Shown here: positions 29,536-39,508 of the stretch, in pieces
How positions within the stretch are numbered: position 1 is the stretch's first letter
Layout of the letters: every line of letters begins with the position of its first letter
NCBI GenBank assembly: GCA_965197645.1
Contig: OZ240219.1
Location: 2,112,001-2,176,000 of the forward strand
Source: Dehalococcoidia bacterium
Lineage (GTDB): Bacteria > Chloroflexota > Dehalococcoidia > Plut-88900
Length of the DNA stretch: 64,000 nucleotides
Direction of reading: 5' to 3'
Made by a program: the position numbers and the translations under genes
Notes under the pieces: model-generated
What the model was told of the DNA's origin: nothing
Seen by the model: only the letters and a program-made list of their open reading frames with translations
The model's database searches: none

Positions 29536-31971
29536 ATGCTTGACTTCTTCACCTGGTGGATATCCCTGGAGGCCGCGGGTCTTATCGCCCTGCCTCTGGC
29601 CTTCCGCTTGTTCTCGGGCCTCCCCGATAGGGGCTACGCTTTCGCCAAGCCCCTGGGCCTCCTGCTGACCGGGTACCTGTTCTGGCTAGTAGGGCTCACT
29701 GGATTTCTATCCAATAGCCGTATGACCATCGGGCTGGTGGTGATTGCCATTGGAGTGGTTTCCCTCTACCTGTTGCGCCACCACTGGCCCGACTTGGGGA
29801 AGTTCCTTTGGCGAGAAAGGTGGACCGTTCTTGCCGTCGAGGTCCTCTTCTTCGGGGCATTCGCCTTGTGGGCACTGGTCCGGTCCTACGATAGCGCCAT
29901 CCTCCACACCGAGCAGCCCATGGATTTCGCCTTCCTCAACGCCTCCATCCTGTCTCAGAACTTCCCTCCCAACGATCCCTGGCTCAGCGGAAACTCCATC
30001 AGCTACTACTACTTCGGATACCTGATAAGCGGAGCCTTGGCCAAACTCACGGGCGTTGCCGGGAGCGTCGCCTACAATCTGGCCCTCGCCCTGGTCTTCG
30101 CTCTTACTGCTACGGCCGCCTTCGGCCTGGTGTACAACCTTGTCCGTATGCACCGCGGTGATGGCCGAATGGGCCAGGCAACGCCTATAGCTCTGGGCCT
30201 TCTCGGCTCCCTGTTCGTCGTGGGAATCGGCAACCTCCAGGGCTTCGTCGAGAGCATCCGGACCTTGGGCCTTGGCACCGACGGCCTCTGGGACTGGTTT
30301 GGCGTACCGGGCTTCAGCGGCGTCCCCTCGGACGCATCGTTGTACCCCGACCAGTACTGGTGGTGGTTCCGGTCCACCCGTGTGATCGAGGCTACTGCGG
30401 GTGACGGCGTCCGGGCCATCACCGAGTTCCCCAGCTTCAGCTTCATCCTCGGCGACCTCCACCCTCACGTGATGTCTCTTCCCTTTGTGCTCCTAGTGCT
30501 CGGCCTCGGACTCCAGAGCCTGACGTCTAAGGAGATCGTAGATTGGCAATGGGCCGTAAAACACCCGTTACGGGTGCTGATCGTCGCCGTCGCGCTGGGC
30601 GCTCTGGCCTTTCTAAACAGCTGGGATCTGCCCACGGGAGCGGCCGTGATTCTCGGCCTCACACTGCTCAATAACTATCGATTGTGGGATGGGTTGAGCT
30701 GGGAGCGACTCCGCGACTGGGCCATATTCGCGATGGCGCTGGGCATCCTGGTGCTGCTTCTGTACCTGCCTTTCTACCTCGGCACCAGGCCCCAGCCGCT
30801 GTTCCCCTGGGTCCTACCCGTCGAAGACGTTAACACACGGTACATCCACTATCTGCTCGTACTTGGGTTGCTCCTGTTCTTCTGCATCTCCTTCCTAGTC
30901 GTCCGCACGTGGCCTATATGGAAGAGGGCCGGGTTCTCCTGGCCTCTGGCCGGCGCGTCCGTGGGCACCACCCTCCTCCCATTCACCGCGTGGATCGTAT
31001 CGGTCCTCCTCCTGGGAGCCGTCCAAGGCGATATAGCAGACAGCCTGACCGACGTAGGCTGGCGGTTTGTAATGCTCCTGCCTCTGCACGCCGTCATCGC
31101 CGTAGCCCTGTTCTCCCTGCTCCGATCGGCCCGTCCACTAGGCCGGTCTGGGCCCCCGTCCTCGACGAGCCTGCTCTTTGTCCTCGCCCTGGTCCTGACC
31201 GGATTCTCACTCACACTCGGCCCAGAGCTATTCCGCATCGCCGATCTCTTCGGTACCCGGATGAACACCGTCTTCAAGTTTTACTACCAGGCGTGGATCG
31301 TGCTGGCCATCGCCTCCGCCTTCGCCGTGTACTATGTATCGACGAAATGGCGGCGGGACGCCACTTGGCGTAGGATGGGCCTGCTCGGCTGGTCCGGCGT
31401 TGCGGCGGTTCTGGTCGTCGGTTCCGGCCTTTACGTCTATGGCGCTATCGAGAACAAGACCGGAGGCTTCTCTTCGGACCGGAGCCTGGACGGCCTGGCT
31501 TTCGTTGAGCGACGCAGCAGCGCCGAGGCGGAAGCGATGCGATTTCTGGTCTCCGAAGGCGCTCCGGACTCGGTCATCGTAGAGGCCGTAGGAATCACTC
31601 GCGATGGCTCTCCCTCGGGCGACTACCACCGGGGCTTCAACGAAGAAGGCGAACCGTTGAACCTGGAGTATGGTCGGGTGTCCGGTCGCACCGGGCTGCC
31701 CACTTTGCTGGGCTGGGCCGGCCATGAGCACCAGTGGCGAGGCTCCCGCCACGGCTTCAATGAACGGATGAACGACGTAACCGAGATCTACACCGGCTCC
31801 GATGCATCCCTCACGAGGGAACTCCTGGACAAGTACGGCGTTACCTATGTATACGTGGGCAGTATCGAAAGGGCCAGATACGATTCCCTGGACATCGAAA
31901 AGCTGGACCGGATAATGGACAGGGTGTTCGATGAGGGCGGCATAACCATTTTCGGGTACGATGACCAGTGA
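29536..31971 (+). CDS. DUF2298 / Chlor_Arch_YYY (TIGR03662-like) GT-C-type membrane protein
   Basis: EQPMDFAF, PPNDPW, SYYYFGY, GDLHPH, RMNTVFKFYYQ and GWAGHEHQWR motifs; many TM helices. Confidence 0.85.
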   Translation: MLDFFTWWISLEAAGLIALPLAFRLFSGLPDRGYAFAKPLGLLLTGYLFWLVGLTGFLSNSRMTIGLVVIAIGVVSLYLLRHHWPDLGKFLWRERWTVLAVEVLFFGAFALWALVRSYDSAILHTEQPMDFAFLNASILSQNFPPNDPWLSGNSISYYYFGYLISGALAKLTGVAGSVAYNLALALVFALTATAAFGLVYNLVRMHRGDGRMGQATPIALGLLGSLFVVGIGNLQGFVESIRTLGLGTDGLWDWFGVPGFSGVPSDASLYPDQYWWWFRSTRVIEATAGDGVRAITEFPSFSFILGDLHPHVMSLPFVLLVLGLGLQSLTSKEIVDWQWAVKHPLRVLIVAVALGALAFLNSWDLPTGAAVILGLTLLNNYRLWDGLSWERLRDWAIFAMALGILVLLLYLPFYLGTRPQPLFPWVLPVEDVNTRYIHYLLVLGLLLFFCISFLVVRTWPIWKRAGFSWPLAGASVGTTLLPFTAWIVSVLLLGAVQGDIADSLTDVGWRFVMLLPLHAVIAVALFSLLRSARPLGRSGPPSSTSLLFVLALVLTGFSLTLGPELFRIADLFGTRMNTVFKFYYQAWIVLAIASAFAVYYVSTKWRRDATWRRMGLLGWSGVAAVLVVGSGLYVYGAIENKTGGFSSDRSLDGLAFVERRSSAEAEAMRFLVSEGAPDSVIVEAVGITRDGSPSGDYHRGFNEEGEPLNLEYGRVSGRTGLPTLLGWAGHEHQWRGSRHGFNERMNDVTEIYTGSDASLTRELLDKYGVTYVYVGSIERARYDSLDIEKLDRIMDRVFDEGGITIFGYDDQ

Positions 31972-31999
31972 CCATTCAAAACTATAGGAACCACCGTCC

Positions 32000-34747
32000 T
32001 TGATTCACGATACCCAGGCCAACACTTCGACAGGCCTTGATGCCGCGGCCGATCACCTCTATCCGGTCGGCGGCATCTCGAGATGGGAGCTTCTCTTCTA
32101 CGCTGTGCTCCTCACCGTCGCCGGTGTGATGCGCTTCTGGGACCTGGGCAGCCGGGCCATACACCACGACGAGAGCCTCCACGCCTTCTTCAGCATGGAC
32201 CTGATCGGCGGGTTCAAGCACAATCCGCTGATGCACGGCCCCCTCCAGTTTTTTGGCATCAGCGCATTCACCAACGTATTCGGTTCCAGCGATGCTGCCG
32301 TTCGAGCCCTGGCTGCTTCCCTGGGCACGATCTTGGTAGGCCTGCCCGTATTTCTTCGCAGCTACCTCGGCCGATGGGGCAGCATCATCGCCAGCCTGTT
32401 CCTCGCCTTCTCCCCGACCTTGCTGTACTACAGCCGGTTCGCCCGCAACGACATCTACATAGCCGTTTGGACCCTGGGCCTGATCATCTGCGTGTGGGGC
32501 TACCTGAGCAGCGGCAAGGCCAGGTACCTGTACGTAGGGGCCGCGGCCCTCAGCCTGAGCGTGGCCACCAAGGAGAACACCTACATCACCGTCATAATTC
32601 TAGTCAGCTACCTGTTCATCCTGTGGCTCCGGCAGCCCTTCGCCGAACCCGAGGCGGCAGGCCAAAGTACAGGTGGAATATCCAGCGTTCCGCCGCGTCT
32701 CCGGTCTTTCCTGTCTCGAACAGCCGAGTATCTGGCCTTCGCCCGCCGGCTTCTCATTCCGTCTGCTGTCCTCTTCACCATTGCCGCGGCCTGGGTCGCC
32801 TCGTCCATCCTATGGTCGCTGGACATTTACGGCATGATCGGCAGGGTGGACTTTACCTTCAGCGTGATCTCGCTGCTCGTTGCCGTAGGCGCCTATTTCG
32901 TAATAATTGCCTGGGCGCCCGTCCTCCGAGGTCCCGTCTCGTCACTTGCCGATAAACTAGCGGCCCTAGCTCTTGGAAAACCCGAAGCAGGCCGTTTTCG
33001 GAGGCTCCTTCAAGGGCCGTCCGTCAGTCGCTTGTCCCGGCCGGGCGCCCTCTGGCTCCTCATCCTCCTGCTCATGCTGCCCCTGACCGCTGCAGGCCTG
33101 GGACTGGTGCAGGAGTCTTTGGACCTGACCCTGGCCAACCCCAACGCTCTCGGGGGTGCGCCTGAGGGCCACAAACCCGGCTTCCCCGATGGTGTGCCGG
33201 TGGGAAACATCAGTCTCGCCGTGGCCATTGGGCTGGTCATTCATCTGCTGGTCATTGCCGTTGCCGTCGGGCTGAAGTGGCATTGGAAGCGGTTCCTGGT
33301 CAGCAGTCTAATTTTCTGGGGGATATTCGTCTTCTTCTTCACCACCATATTCACCAACCTCGGCCAGGGGCTTGGAAGCGGTTTATGGCAGTCTCTCGGC
33401 TACTGGATCGCGCAGCAGGAAGTCGAGCGCGGAGCTCAGCCCTGGTACTACTACGGCCTGCTGACCCCCGCCTACGAGTTTCTGCCCCTCGTCATCGTCC
33501 TGGGCGGCGCAGGCTGGTATCTCTTTTCGCAGTGGACCTCCAATATGTACCGCTTCTGGCTGGTCCACGCAGTCCTAGTCTCTCTGTTCTTCTTGCTCCT
33601 TCTCTCCACCTTCTGGATGCCCGATTCCAATGGCCATCAGCTGGTGCTTGGACTCCTGTTCCTCGGCTTCTCCGTCACGATTTTGGCCCTGTACCTCTTC
33701 GCTGACCGTTCCTTCCTGCACAGCCGTGTCTTCATCGCCGACGTAGCCATGCTGCTGCTTTACATGCTCAACTGGGTCATCCCCAGGGTCCTCGAGCTAC
33801 GAGACCTCCCCGTGTTCAGCCACCTCTGGGACGCCCGCTCCCCGCTGATAGTCATCATCCTGATGGTGTCCATCGCTTTGATCACGTACAAGACCGTGTC
33901 CAAGGAGGGGAAGTTCACCTGCTTCCTGGTCTACTGGCTCGCCCTTACCCTCGTCCTGTACGGCTTTGCCGGCGAGAAGATGCCCTGGCTTATGGTCCAC
34001 ACCGCTCTCCCTCTCGCCATTCTGGCAGCCAAGATCCTGGGCACCCTGTTGAAGCGAATCGACCTTCGACGGACCAGCTTGAACCCTCGATGGTTGATGG
34101 GCCTGGCCGGGGTCCTACTGATAGGGATGCTGACCTTCCATACGGTTCGGGTGTCCGTTGAGGCCAGCTATGGCATAGGCCGGGAGGGCAAGGGCGATAT
34201 TCCCATCGAGATGCTGGTCTACACCCAAACCTCGCCCGACATCAAGGCCGCCCTCGCCCGCATAGATGATTTGGCGGCGAGCGGTGACAAGGGCGAATTG
34301 CTGCCCATCCTCGTTGATCGCACCAACGGGTTCGGGTACCCCTGGCGCTGGTACCTGCGAGACTACAAGACGGTGCAGTGGCTCTGCCTGGAAAACAATC
34401 CCAACGACAATGACTGCAACCCCATGTCCGAGACCCCCACCGCCGACGTCCTAATCGTGCACCATCGCAATCGTGATGCATCCATACAGTTTCTAACCGA
34501 GTTCGATGACGGGCAGCGGATAAGACACCGGGCCTGGTTCCCCGAGTTCGAGACGTACAAGGAGGGATTCGGCGCAATGTCTCTGCACCGGTTCTTCAGC
34601 AGCCTGGCCAGCGCCGATAGCTGGAGGCAGTGGTGGAACTACTTCGCCTTCCGGGAGCTGGATGACGACAAACCCACAGGCTCCGAGGACTCGGTCCTTT
34701 TCTTCCGCCTCGAGAGCGGCGCCCCCGCCGAAAGTCGTCGGGACTAG
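32000..34747 (+). CDS. TIGR03663-like (Agl23-related) GT-C/PMT-type membrane protein
   Basis: HHDESLH, HGP, YYSRFARND, KEN, EKMPW and LVYTQT motifs. Confidence 0.82.
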   Translation: MIHDTQANTSTGLDAAADHLYPVGGISRWELLFYAVLLTVAGVMRFWDLGSRAIHHDESLHAFFSMDLIGGFKHNPLMHGPLQFFGISAFTNVFGSSDAAVRALAASLGTILVGLPVFLRSYLGRWGSIIASLFLAFSPTLLYYSRFARNDIYIAVWTLGLIICVWGYLSSGKARYLYVGAAALSLSVATKENTYITVIILVSYLFILWLRQPFAEPEAAGQSTGGISSVPPRLRSFLSRTAEYLAFARRLLIPSAVLFTIAAAWVASSILWSLDIYGMIGRVDFTFSVISLLVAVGAYFVIIAWAPVLRGPVSSLADKLAALALGKPEAGRFRRLLQGPSVSRLSRPGALWLLILLLMLPLTAAGLGLVQESLDLTLANPNALGGAPEGHKPGFPDGVPVGNISLAVAIGLVIHLLVIAVAVGLKWHWKRFLVSSLIFWGIFVFFFTTIFTNLGQGLGSGLWQSLGYWIAQQEVERGAQPWYYYGLLTPAYEFLPLVIVLGGAGWYLFSQWTSNMYRFWLVHAVLVSLFFLLLLSTFWMPDSNGHQLVLGLLFLGFSVTILALYLFADRSFLHSRVFIADVAMLLLYMLNWVIPRVLELRDLPVFSHLWDARSPLIVIILMVSIALITYKTVSKEGKFTCFLVYWLALTLVLYGFAGEKMPWLMVHTALPLAILAAKILGTLLKRIDLRRTSLNPRWLMGLAGVLLIGMLTFHTVRVSVEASYGIGREGKGDIPIEMLVYTQTSPDIKAALARIDDLAASGDKGELLPILVDRTNGFGYPWRWYLRDYKTVQWLCLENNPNDNDCNPMSETPTADVLIVHHRNRDASIQFLTEFDDGQRIRHRAWFPEFETYKEGFGAMSLHRFFSSLASADSWRQWWNYFAFRELDDDKPTGSEDSVLFFRLESGAPAESRRD

Positions 34748-34772
34748 TCGGCCCTCCCATCTGCTCTTCCGT

Positions 34773-34802
34773 TTGCCCCTCTCCACCCACCCAACCTATA
34801 AT
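34773..34802 (+). promoter_or_regulatory. Sigma70-like promoter
   Basis: TTGCCC-18 nt-TATAAT. Confidence 0.5.
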
Positions 34803-34898
34803 TGGTGCGTTACTATCTTCACAGAGCCTGCCGGCACGCCGCCTGCAAGCAAGGAACTCCCGATAGGTAAGCCGACCCCCAGCAGGTAAACTAATCTA

Positions 34899-35972
34899 TT
34901 GTTAAGCTCTAAGCGATTTTGGTTGGGCCTCCTAGTAAGCGGCCTCTTTCTCGCCCTTTTCCTCTACGGCATCGACTATCCTCGGACCGGCGAGGCGCTG
35001 CAGGGCGCCAACTACATCTATGTCCTACCGGCCATCGCAGTCTACTTCGGTTCCCTCTTCTTTCGTACATACCGGTGGCAGTTCCTGCTCCGGCACCTGC
35101 GGCCCCTTTCCATGGCCCGCCTCTATCCGGTGGTCGTGATCGGGTACATGGCCAACAACGTTTTGCCCGTGCGGCTGGGCGAGGTCGCCAGGTCCTACTA
35201 CCTGAGCAAGCAGGAGAACGTCAGCGCCACCTCTACCCTCGCCACCGTGGGCGTCGAGAGGGTCTTCGACGGGCTGACCCTCATGTTCTTCGTGCTGGTG
35301 GTCTGGCCCTTCCTGCCGCTGGGCGATTTCTTCAAGGATGATGCGGGCGCTATCGAGCTGGTAAGGACCATCGGCGGCGCAGTGGTAATGGTAATGTTCG
35401 TGGTAGCCATTGTGTTGTTCGTAGCCGTGACAACCTACCCGACTTTGGGGCGCAGGTTGACCACCCTGCTACTGGTCTTCGTTCCCGGTCGCTTCAAGGA
35501 CACCGTCCGCATGCTCTGCGAGCAGTTCATCCGTGGCCTGGAGTCCCTGAACAGCCCGGGTAGGCTGTTTATCATCTTCGTCCTGTCCATTCCAATCTGG
35601 ATGATGGAATCGGTGATGTACTACCTGATCACCTTGTCCTTCGACCTGGACGCTTCCTTCGCCCTCATCATGCTCACCACTGCCACCTCAAATCTGATCG
35701 GCGCCATTCCCAACACCTCGGGCGGGATAGGAACCTTCGAGTGGGCGACCAAGGTCACCCTGGTCTCATTCGGCATTCAGACCGAGCCAGCGGTGGCCTA
35801 CGCCGCCGCCCTTCACGTAGTCCTGTGGCTGCCGGTTGTCATTGCAGGGCTGGTCTACCTTTGGACCCATCACGGCTCTCTCGTAGAGATACTCAGGCAG
35901 CGACCCGTAGCCGAGCTGGCCGACGGCCCCGCCGTCCAGGCTGCTTCGCTGAAGGGAGATAGCGAAAAGTGA
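34899..35972 (+). CDS. Lysylphosphatidylglycerol-synthase TM / UPF0104 flippase-like protein
   Basis: RW, NNVLPVRLGEVAR, ERVFD and GGIGTFE motifs. Confidence 0.88.
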   Translation: MLSSKRFWLGLLVSGLFLALFLYGIDYPRTGEALQGANYIYVLPAIAVYFGSLFFRTYRWQFLLRHLRPLSMARLYPVVVIGYMANNVLPVRLGEVARSYYLSKQENVSATSTLATVGVERVFDGLTLMFFVLVVWPFLPLGDFFKDDAGAIELVRTIGGAVVMVMFVVAIVLFVAVTTYPTLGRRLTTLLLVFVPGRFKDTVRMLCEQFIRGLESLNSPGRLFIIFVLSIPIWMMESVMYYLITLSFDLDASFALIMLTTATSNLIGAIPNTSGGIGTFEWATKVTLVSFGIQTEPAVAYAAALHVVLWLPVVIAGLVYLWTHHGSLVEILRQRPVAELADGPAVQAASLKGDSEK

Positions 35973-37297
35973 ACATCGGTGTGATAGGCGCCGGGGCGGC
36001 AGGTCTCGCCGCGGCCTATGACCTGGCTAAGAAGGGCCACAAACCGGTCGTATACGAGGCCAGCCCCTACGTTGGCGGTCAGGCCGCAACCTTCGACGTG
36101 GGCGGCGGCCGGCTGGAGAAGGGCTACCACCACCTCTTCACCAGCGACACCCATATGACCTCCCTCATCGAGGAGATAGGCCTGGGGCACAAGCTCAACT
36201 GGATCGAATCGAAGGTCGGCTTCTACCACGGCGGCAAGCTCTACGACTTCGTTTCGCCAGTGGACCTGCTGAAGTTCTCTCCCATCAGCATGGTCGATAG
36301 GGTCAGGCTGGGCTTCATCAGCCTGCTGCTCCAGCGGACGAAGAACTGGCGCAAGTTCGAAGGGGTCACGGCCTCCCAGTGGATCAAGAAATGGGCGGGC
36401 AAACGTAACTACGACGTGGTGTGGGGCCCGCTGCTGCGGGGCAAATTCGGTGACAGCGCCGATGAGGTGGGCATGGCCTGGTTCTGGGGCAAGATATACC
36501 TTCGGTTCGCCTCCCGGGGCAAGGGCATGCAGAAGGAGAAGCTGGGATATCCCATGGGAAGCTTCGGTGAGGTATTCGAGGTCCTCGCCGACAAGATAAG
36601 GGGCATGGGCGGCGAGGTCCATCTCTCCACACCCGTCACCGAGATCAAGGTGGAAGACGGCAGGGCCGTCGGGGTGGAGATGAAGAGGAAGAACGGCGAT
36701 GCCGTCTTCCGAGACTTCGACCTGATCATCTCCACCACCCCTTCCTATGTCTTCCCACGCCTTGTGCCCAGCCTACCCGACGAATACGTCCGGCAACTGA
36801 CCCAGACCAAGTATCACGCCGCCATCCTGGTGGTGCTGGTGTTGAAACATCCCCTTTCTCACATCTACTGGCTCAACCTCTCGGATAACGAGATTCCCTT
36901 CCTGGCCGTGATCGAGCAGACCAATTTCGTCGATAAGTCCCTATACGGTGGGAAGCACGTCGCCTATCTCTCCAACTACCTGGGCAAAGAGAACCCCATG
37001 TACAGCATGTCCCAGGAGGAGCTGCTGGAGGAGTACGTACCCCATCTCCAGAAGATCAACCCTGCCTTCGAGCGGGACTGGATCGAGGAGTACTCCTACC
37101 ATCGGGAAGAGGCTGCCCAGCCCATTATCACCACCAACTACTCGGCCAAGATCCCCGATATGCGCACCCCCATCAAGGAGCTCTACCTGGCCAACACCAC
37201 CCAGATCTATCCCGAGGACCGGGGCACCAACTACAGCGTCCGTTTGGGGGAACGGGTCAGCAGGATGGTCATCGAGGACCATCCAGATCGGCTCTAG
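35969..37297 (+). CDS. FAD-dependent oxidoreductase (amine oxidase/HemY-like)
   Basis: GAGAAG, YHHLF and IYPEDRGTN motifs; GTGA translational coupling. Confidence 0.88.
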   Translation: MNIGVIGAGAAGLAAAYDLAKKGHKPVVYEASPYVGGQAATFDVGGGRLEKGYHHLFTSDTHMTSLIEEIGLGHKLNWIESKVGFYHGGKLYDFVSPVDLLKFSPISMVDRVRLGFISLLLQRTKNWRKFEGVTASQWIKKWAGKRNYDVVWGPLLRGKFGDSADEVGMAWFWGKIYLRFASRGKGMQKEKLGYPMGSFGEVFEVLADKIRGMGGEVHLSTPVTEIKVEDGRAVGVEMKRKNGDAVFRDFDLIISTTPSYVFPRLVPSLPDEYVRQLTQTKYHAAILVVLVLKHPLSHIYWLNLSDNEIPFLAVIEQTNFVDKSLYGGKHVAYLSNYLGKENPMYSMSQEELLEEYVPHLQKINPAFERDWIEEYSYHREEAAQPIITTNYSAKIPDMRTPIKELYLANTTQIYPEDRGTNYSVRLGERVSRMVIEDHPDRL

Positions 37298-37321
37298 TCA
37301 GCGGCAGAAGAGCGGCCGTGC

Positions 37322-38794
37322 TCAGGTCGCCTTGGTCGCTGGTAGTGGCACGGGCGCCGCACTCTTGTAGAAATAGGCGAACACCGCTCCTCCCAGCAGG
37401 ACGAATACCACCGTCAAGGCAGCGAACTCGAACCCGTGGACGTACGCGGCCTGGGATTCGGCCGCGGGTAGGAGTTCGACGGCCGCAGGCAGGACCATAG
37501 ATAGCGCTACTGCGGAGGCCGTCGCCCCAAAGGCGTGTCCCAGCTCCCTGGTGGTTTCCAGCATTCCTGAGGATACGCCCCGATGCTCCAGCGGCAACGC
37601 GCTCATAATCGCGGCGTTGTTGACAGGGTTGAACACGGACGTCCCGAACGATATGGGTATCATCATCAGGGGCAACGCCCAGAAGGGGACCTGCCCGGCC
37701 AGCAGTCCGAAAACTAGAAATCCGCACGCAATGGTCGACATCGCTCCCGGCCGCAGCAGCTTTGGCCCGTACTTATCGTACATCCACCCCGCCCCCAACG
37801 GCAGCAGCAGTCCCAGCGTTTGGTTCGGGACCAGGACCACCATGACCATGAGGGGCGCTTTGCCGAATCCCTCCTCCACCAGGATGGGCATCAGGGTCAT
37901 CGTGGCAAGCATCGAGAAGTGAAAGGCTACGTTGGCGGTCAGTCCCAGCGAAAAATACTTCTCCCGAAAGTGCCTCAGGTCTATCAGCGGGTGTTTGACC
38001 CTCCACTCCACCAGGACAAAGGCTGCCAGCAGGACCAGGAACAGCCCGTGCATCGGCAGGTGATAGGAGAGAGCATCGGAGCTGGTGAAGGACTCCTCTC
38101 CCCCGTGCATATGGACTCCCGAGAGCACCAGCGTGGACACCGTGGCAACCAGCAGAATGCTCCCGATGATATCGATCCCGCCCAGCCGTTCGTGCTTCAC
38201 CCTGACCTCGTGCAGCACCATAGGCAGGGTGACCAGAATCGCTATCACGCCGATGGGCACGAAGGACAGAAATGCTATCTTCCAGGTGGCGAACTGCAGC
38301 GATAGGCCGAAGGACGCCAGCCCGAACAGTGTTCCAAACCGAGACCCGATGATCGGCACGGCGAAGGCCCGGCCCCGCTCTCCCACGGGGAAGGTGGCAA
38401 CCAGGATGGCGTTGGAGTTGGCCGTGATCAGCGCCGCGCCGAAACCGCCCAGCGCTCGGAAGATGACCAGGTCCATGAGGCTTCGCGAGAAAACGCTGAG
38501 GAGCGCCGCCAGTGTTGCGGCCACCACTCCCAGGAAGAAGAGACGTATGTGGCCGAACTCGTCGCCCATGCGGGCCGCCAGCAATACGGTGCTCCCCAGC
38601 GTGAGGAGGTAAACGATCACGATCCACGCCGCCTCGTCGACATCGACGTTGAAGTCATCAGCCAGCGTGGGCAGTGAAAGGGCGACGGGCAGGCTGGACA
38701 TCTGCACCAGCAGGTACCCGCTGGAGACGCCCATCAATACCTCTCGCCTCTGGGATGACGATACTAGCGGTCGGAGGGCATCGGGAAGTCTCAT
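37322..38794 (-). CDS. MFS transporter (DHA2-like)
   Basis: Approximately 14 hydrophobic helices; RMGDEFG and ERGRA motifs. Confidence 0.88.
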   Translation of the reverse strand: MRLPDALRPLVSSSQRREVLMGVSSGYLLVQMSSLPVALSLPTLADDFNVDVDEAAWIVIVYLLTLGSTVLLAARMGDEFGHIRLFFLGVVAATLAALLSVFSRSLMDLVIFRALGGFGAALITANSNAILVATFPVGERGRAFAVPIIGSRFGTLFGLASFGLSLQFATWKIAFLSFVPIGVIAILVTLPMVLHEVRVKHERLGGIDIIGSILLVATVSTLVLSGVHMHGGEESFTSSDALSYHLPMHGLFLVLLAAFVLVEWRVKHPLIDLRHFREKYFSLGLTANVAFHFSMLATMTLMPILVEEGFGKAPLMVMVVLVPNQTLGLLLPLGAGWMYDKYGPKLLRPGAMSTIACGFLVFGLLAGQVPFWALPLMMIPISFGTSVFNPVNNAAIMSALPLEHRGVSSGMLETTRELGHAFGATASAVALSMVLPAAVELLPAAESQAAYVHGFEFAALTVVFVLLGGAVFAYFYKSAAPVPLPATKAT

Positions 38795-38903
38795 GGGAGC
38801 TCTGGAGAAACGGCGCTGCTAACCTTCAAAGCGGCTTGCACCAATATAGCACCTCCTACCCGGCTGTCCAATCGGCCTCTGCCGTTTTGTCCCTTCGCCC
38901 CGC

Positions 38904-38962
38904 TTGAACTGCCGCCTAATCTGGGGCATAATACGGCCAGCGGTTAGTTAGAAAAATCACGA
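38904..38962 (+). promoter_or_regulatory. Promoter plus Rex-like operator of the nuoEFG-like operon
   Basis: TTGAAC-17 nt-CATAAT, followed by TAGTTAGAAAAATCACGA (38945-38962). Confidence 0.58.
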
Positions 38963-38986
38963 CCATTCCCAGCCCCTCCAGATTGG

Positions 38987-39457
38987 GTGGCCTCTTTGAT
39001 CGACAAAATCCGGCTAGCGCTCCAGCGACAGGATGAGGAAGAGGTGACCGTCCTCTCCTCCCTTATCGAGGTGCAGAACGAGATCGGTTACCTGCCGGAA
39101 GAGGCCATCGCCATGGTTGCCGAGTTCACCGGGGCCTCCACCAATGACGTATTCGGCGTCGCCACCTTCTACACCCACTTCCGCTTCGAGCCTCCCGGCG
39201 CCCACACCCTGGAAGTCTGCTGGGGCCCCTCCTGCCACCTGCTGGGCGCACCCGAGATAATCCAGACCGTCCAGCGGGAGTTGGAGTTGGACGAAGAGGG
39301 AACCACATCCGATTCTCAGTTCACCTGGAAGCGCAGCTCCTGCGCCGCAGCCTGCGCTCATGCCCCGGTCCTCATTCTGGATGAAAAGGTGTACGGCCGC
39401 CTCACCCCGGAGAGCACGAAGGAGCTATTGACCAACTCCAAGAACGGCGCCGGATAG
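38987..39457 (+). CDS. NuoE/HoxE-like [2Fe-2S] subunit
   Basis: GVATFY, CWGPSC and CAAAC..AP motifs. Confidence 0.9.
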   Translation: MASLIDKIRLALQRQDEEEVTVLSSLIEVQNEIGYLPEEAIAMVAEFTGASTNDVFGVATFYTHFRFEPPGAHTLEVCWGPSCHLLGAPEIIQTVQRELELDEEGTTSDSQFTWKRSSCAAACAHAPVLILDEKVYGRLTPESTKELLTNSKNGAG

Positions 39458-39508
39458 ATGACCTACGTCAGTGCTGACTAAACTCCAGGCACGAGTTGCC
39501 CAAAGGCT

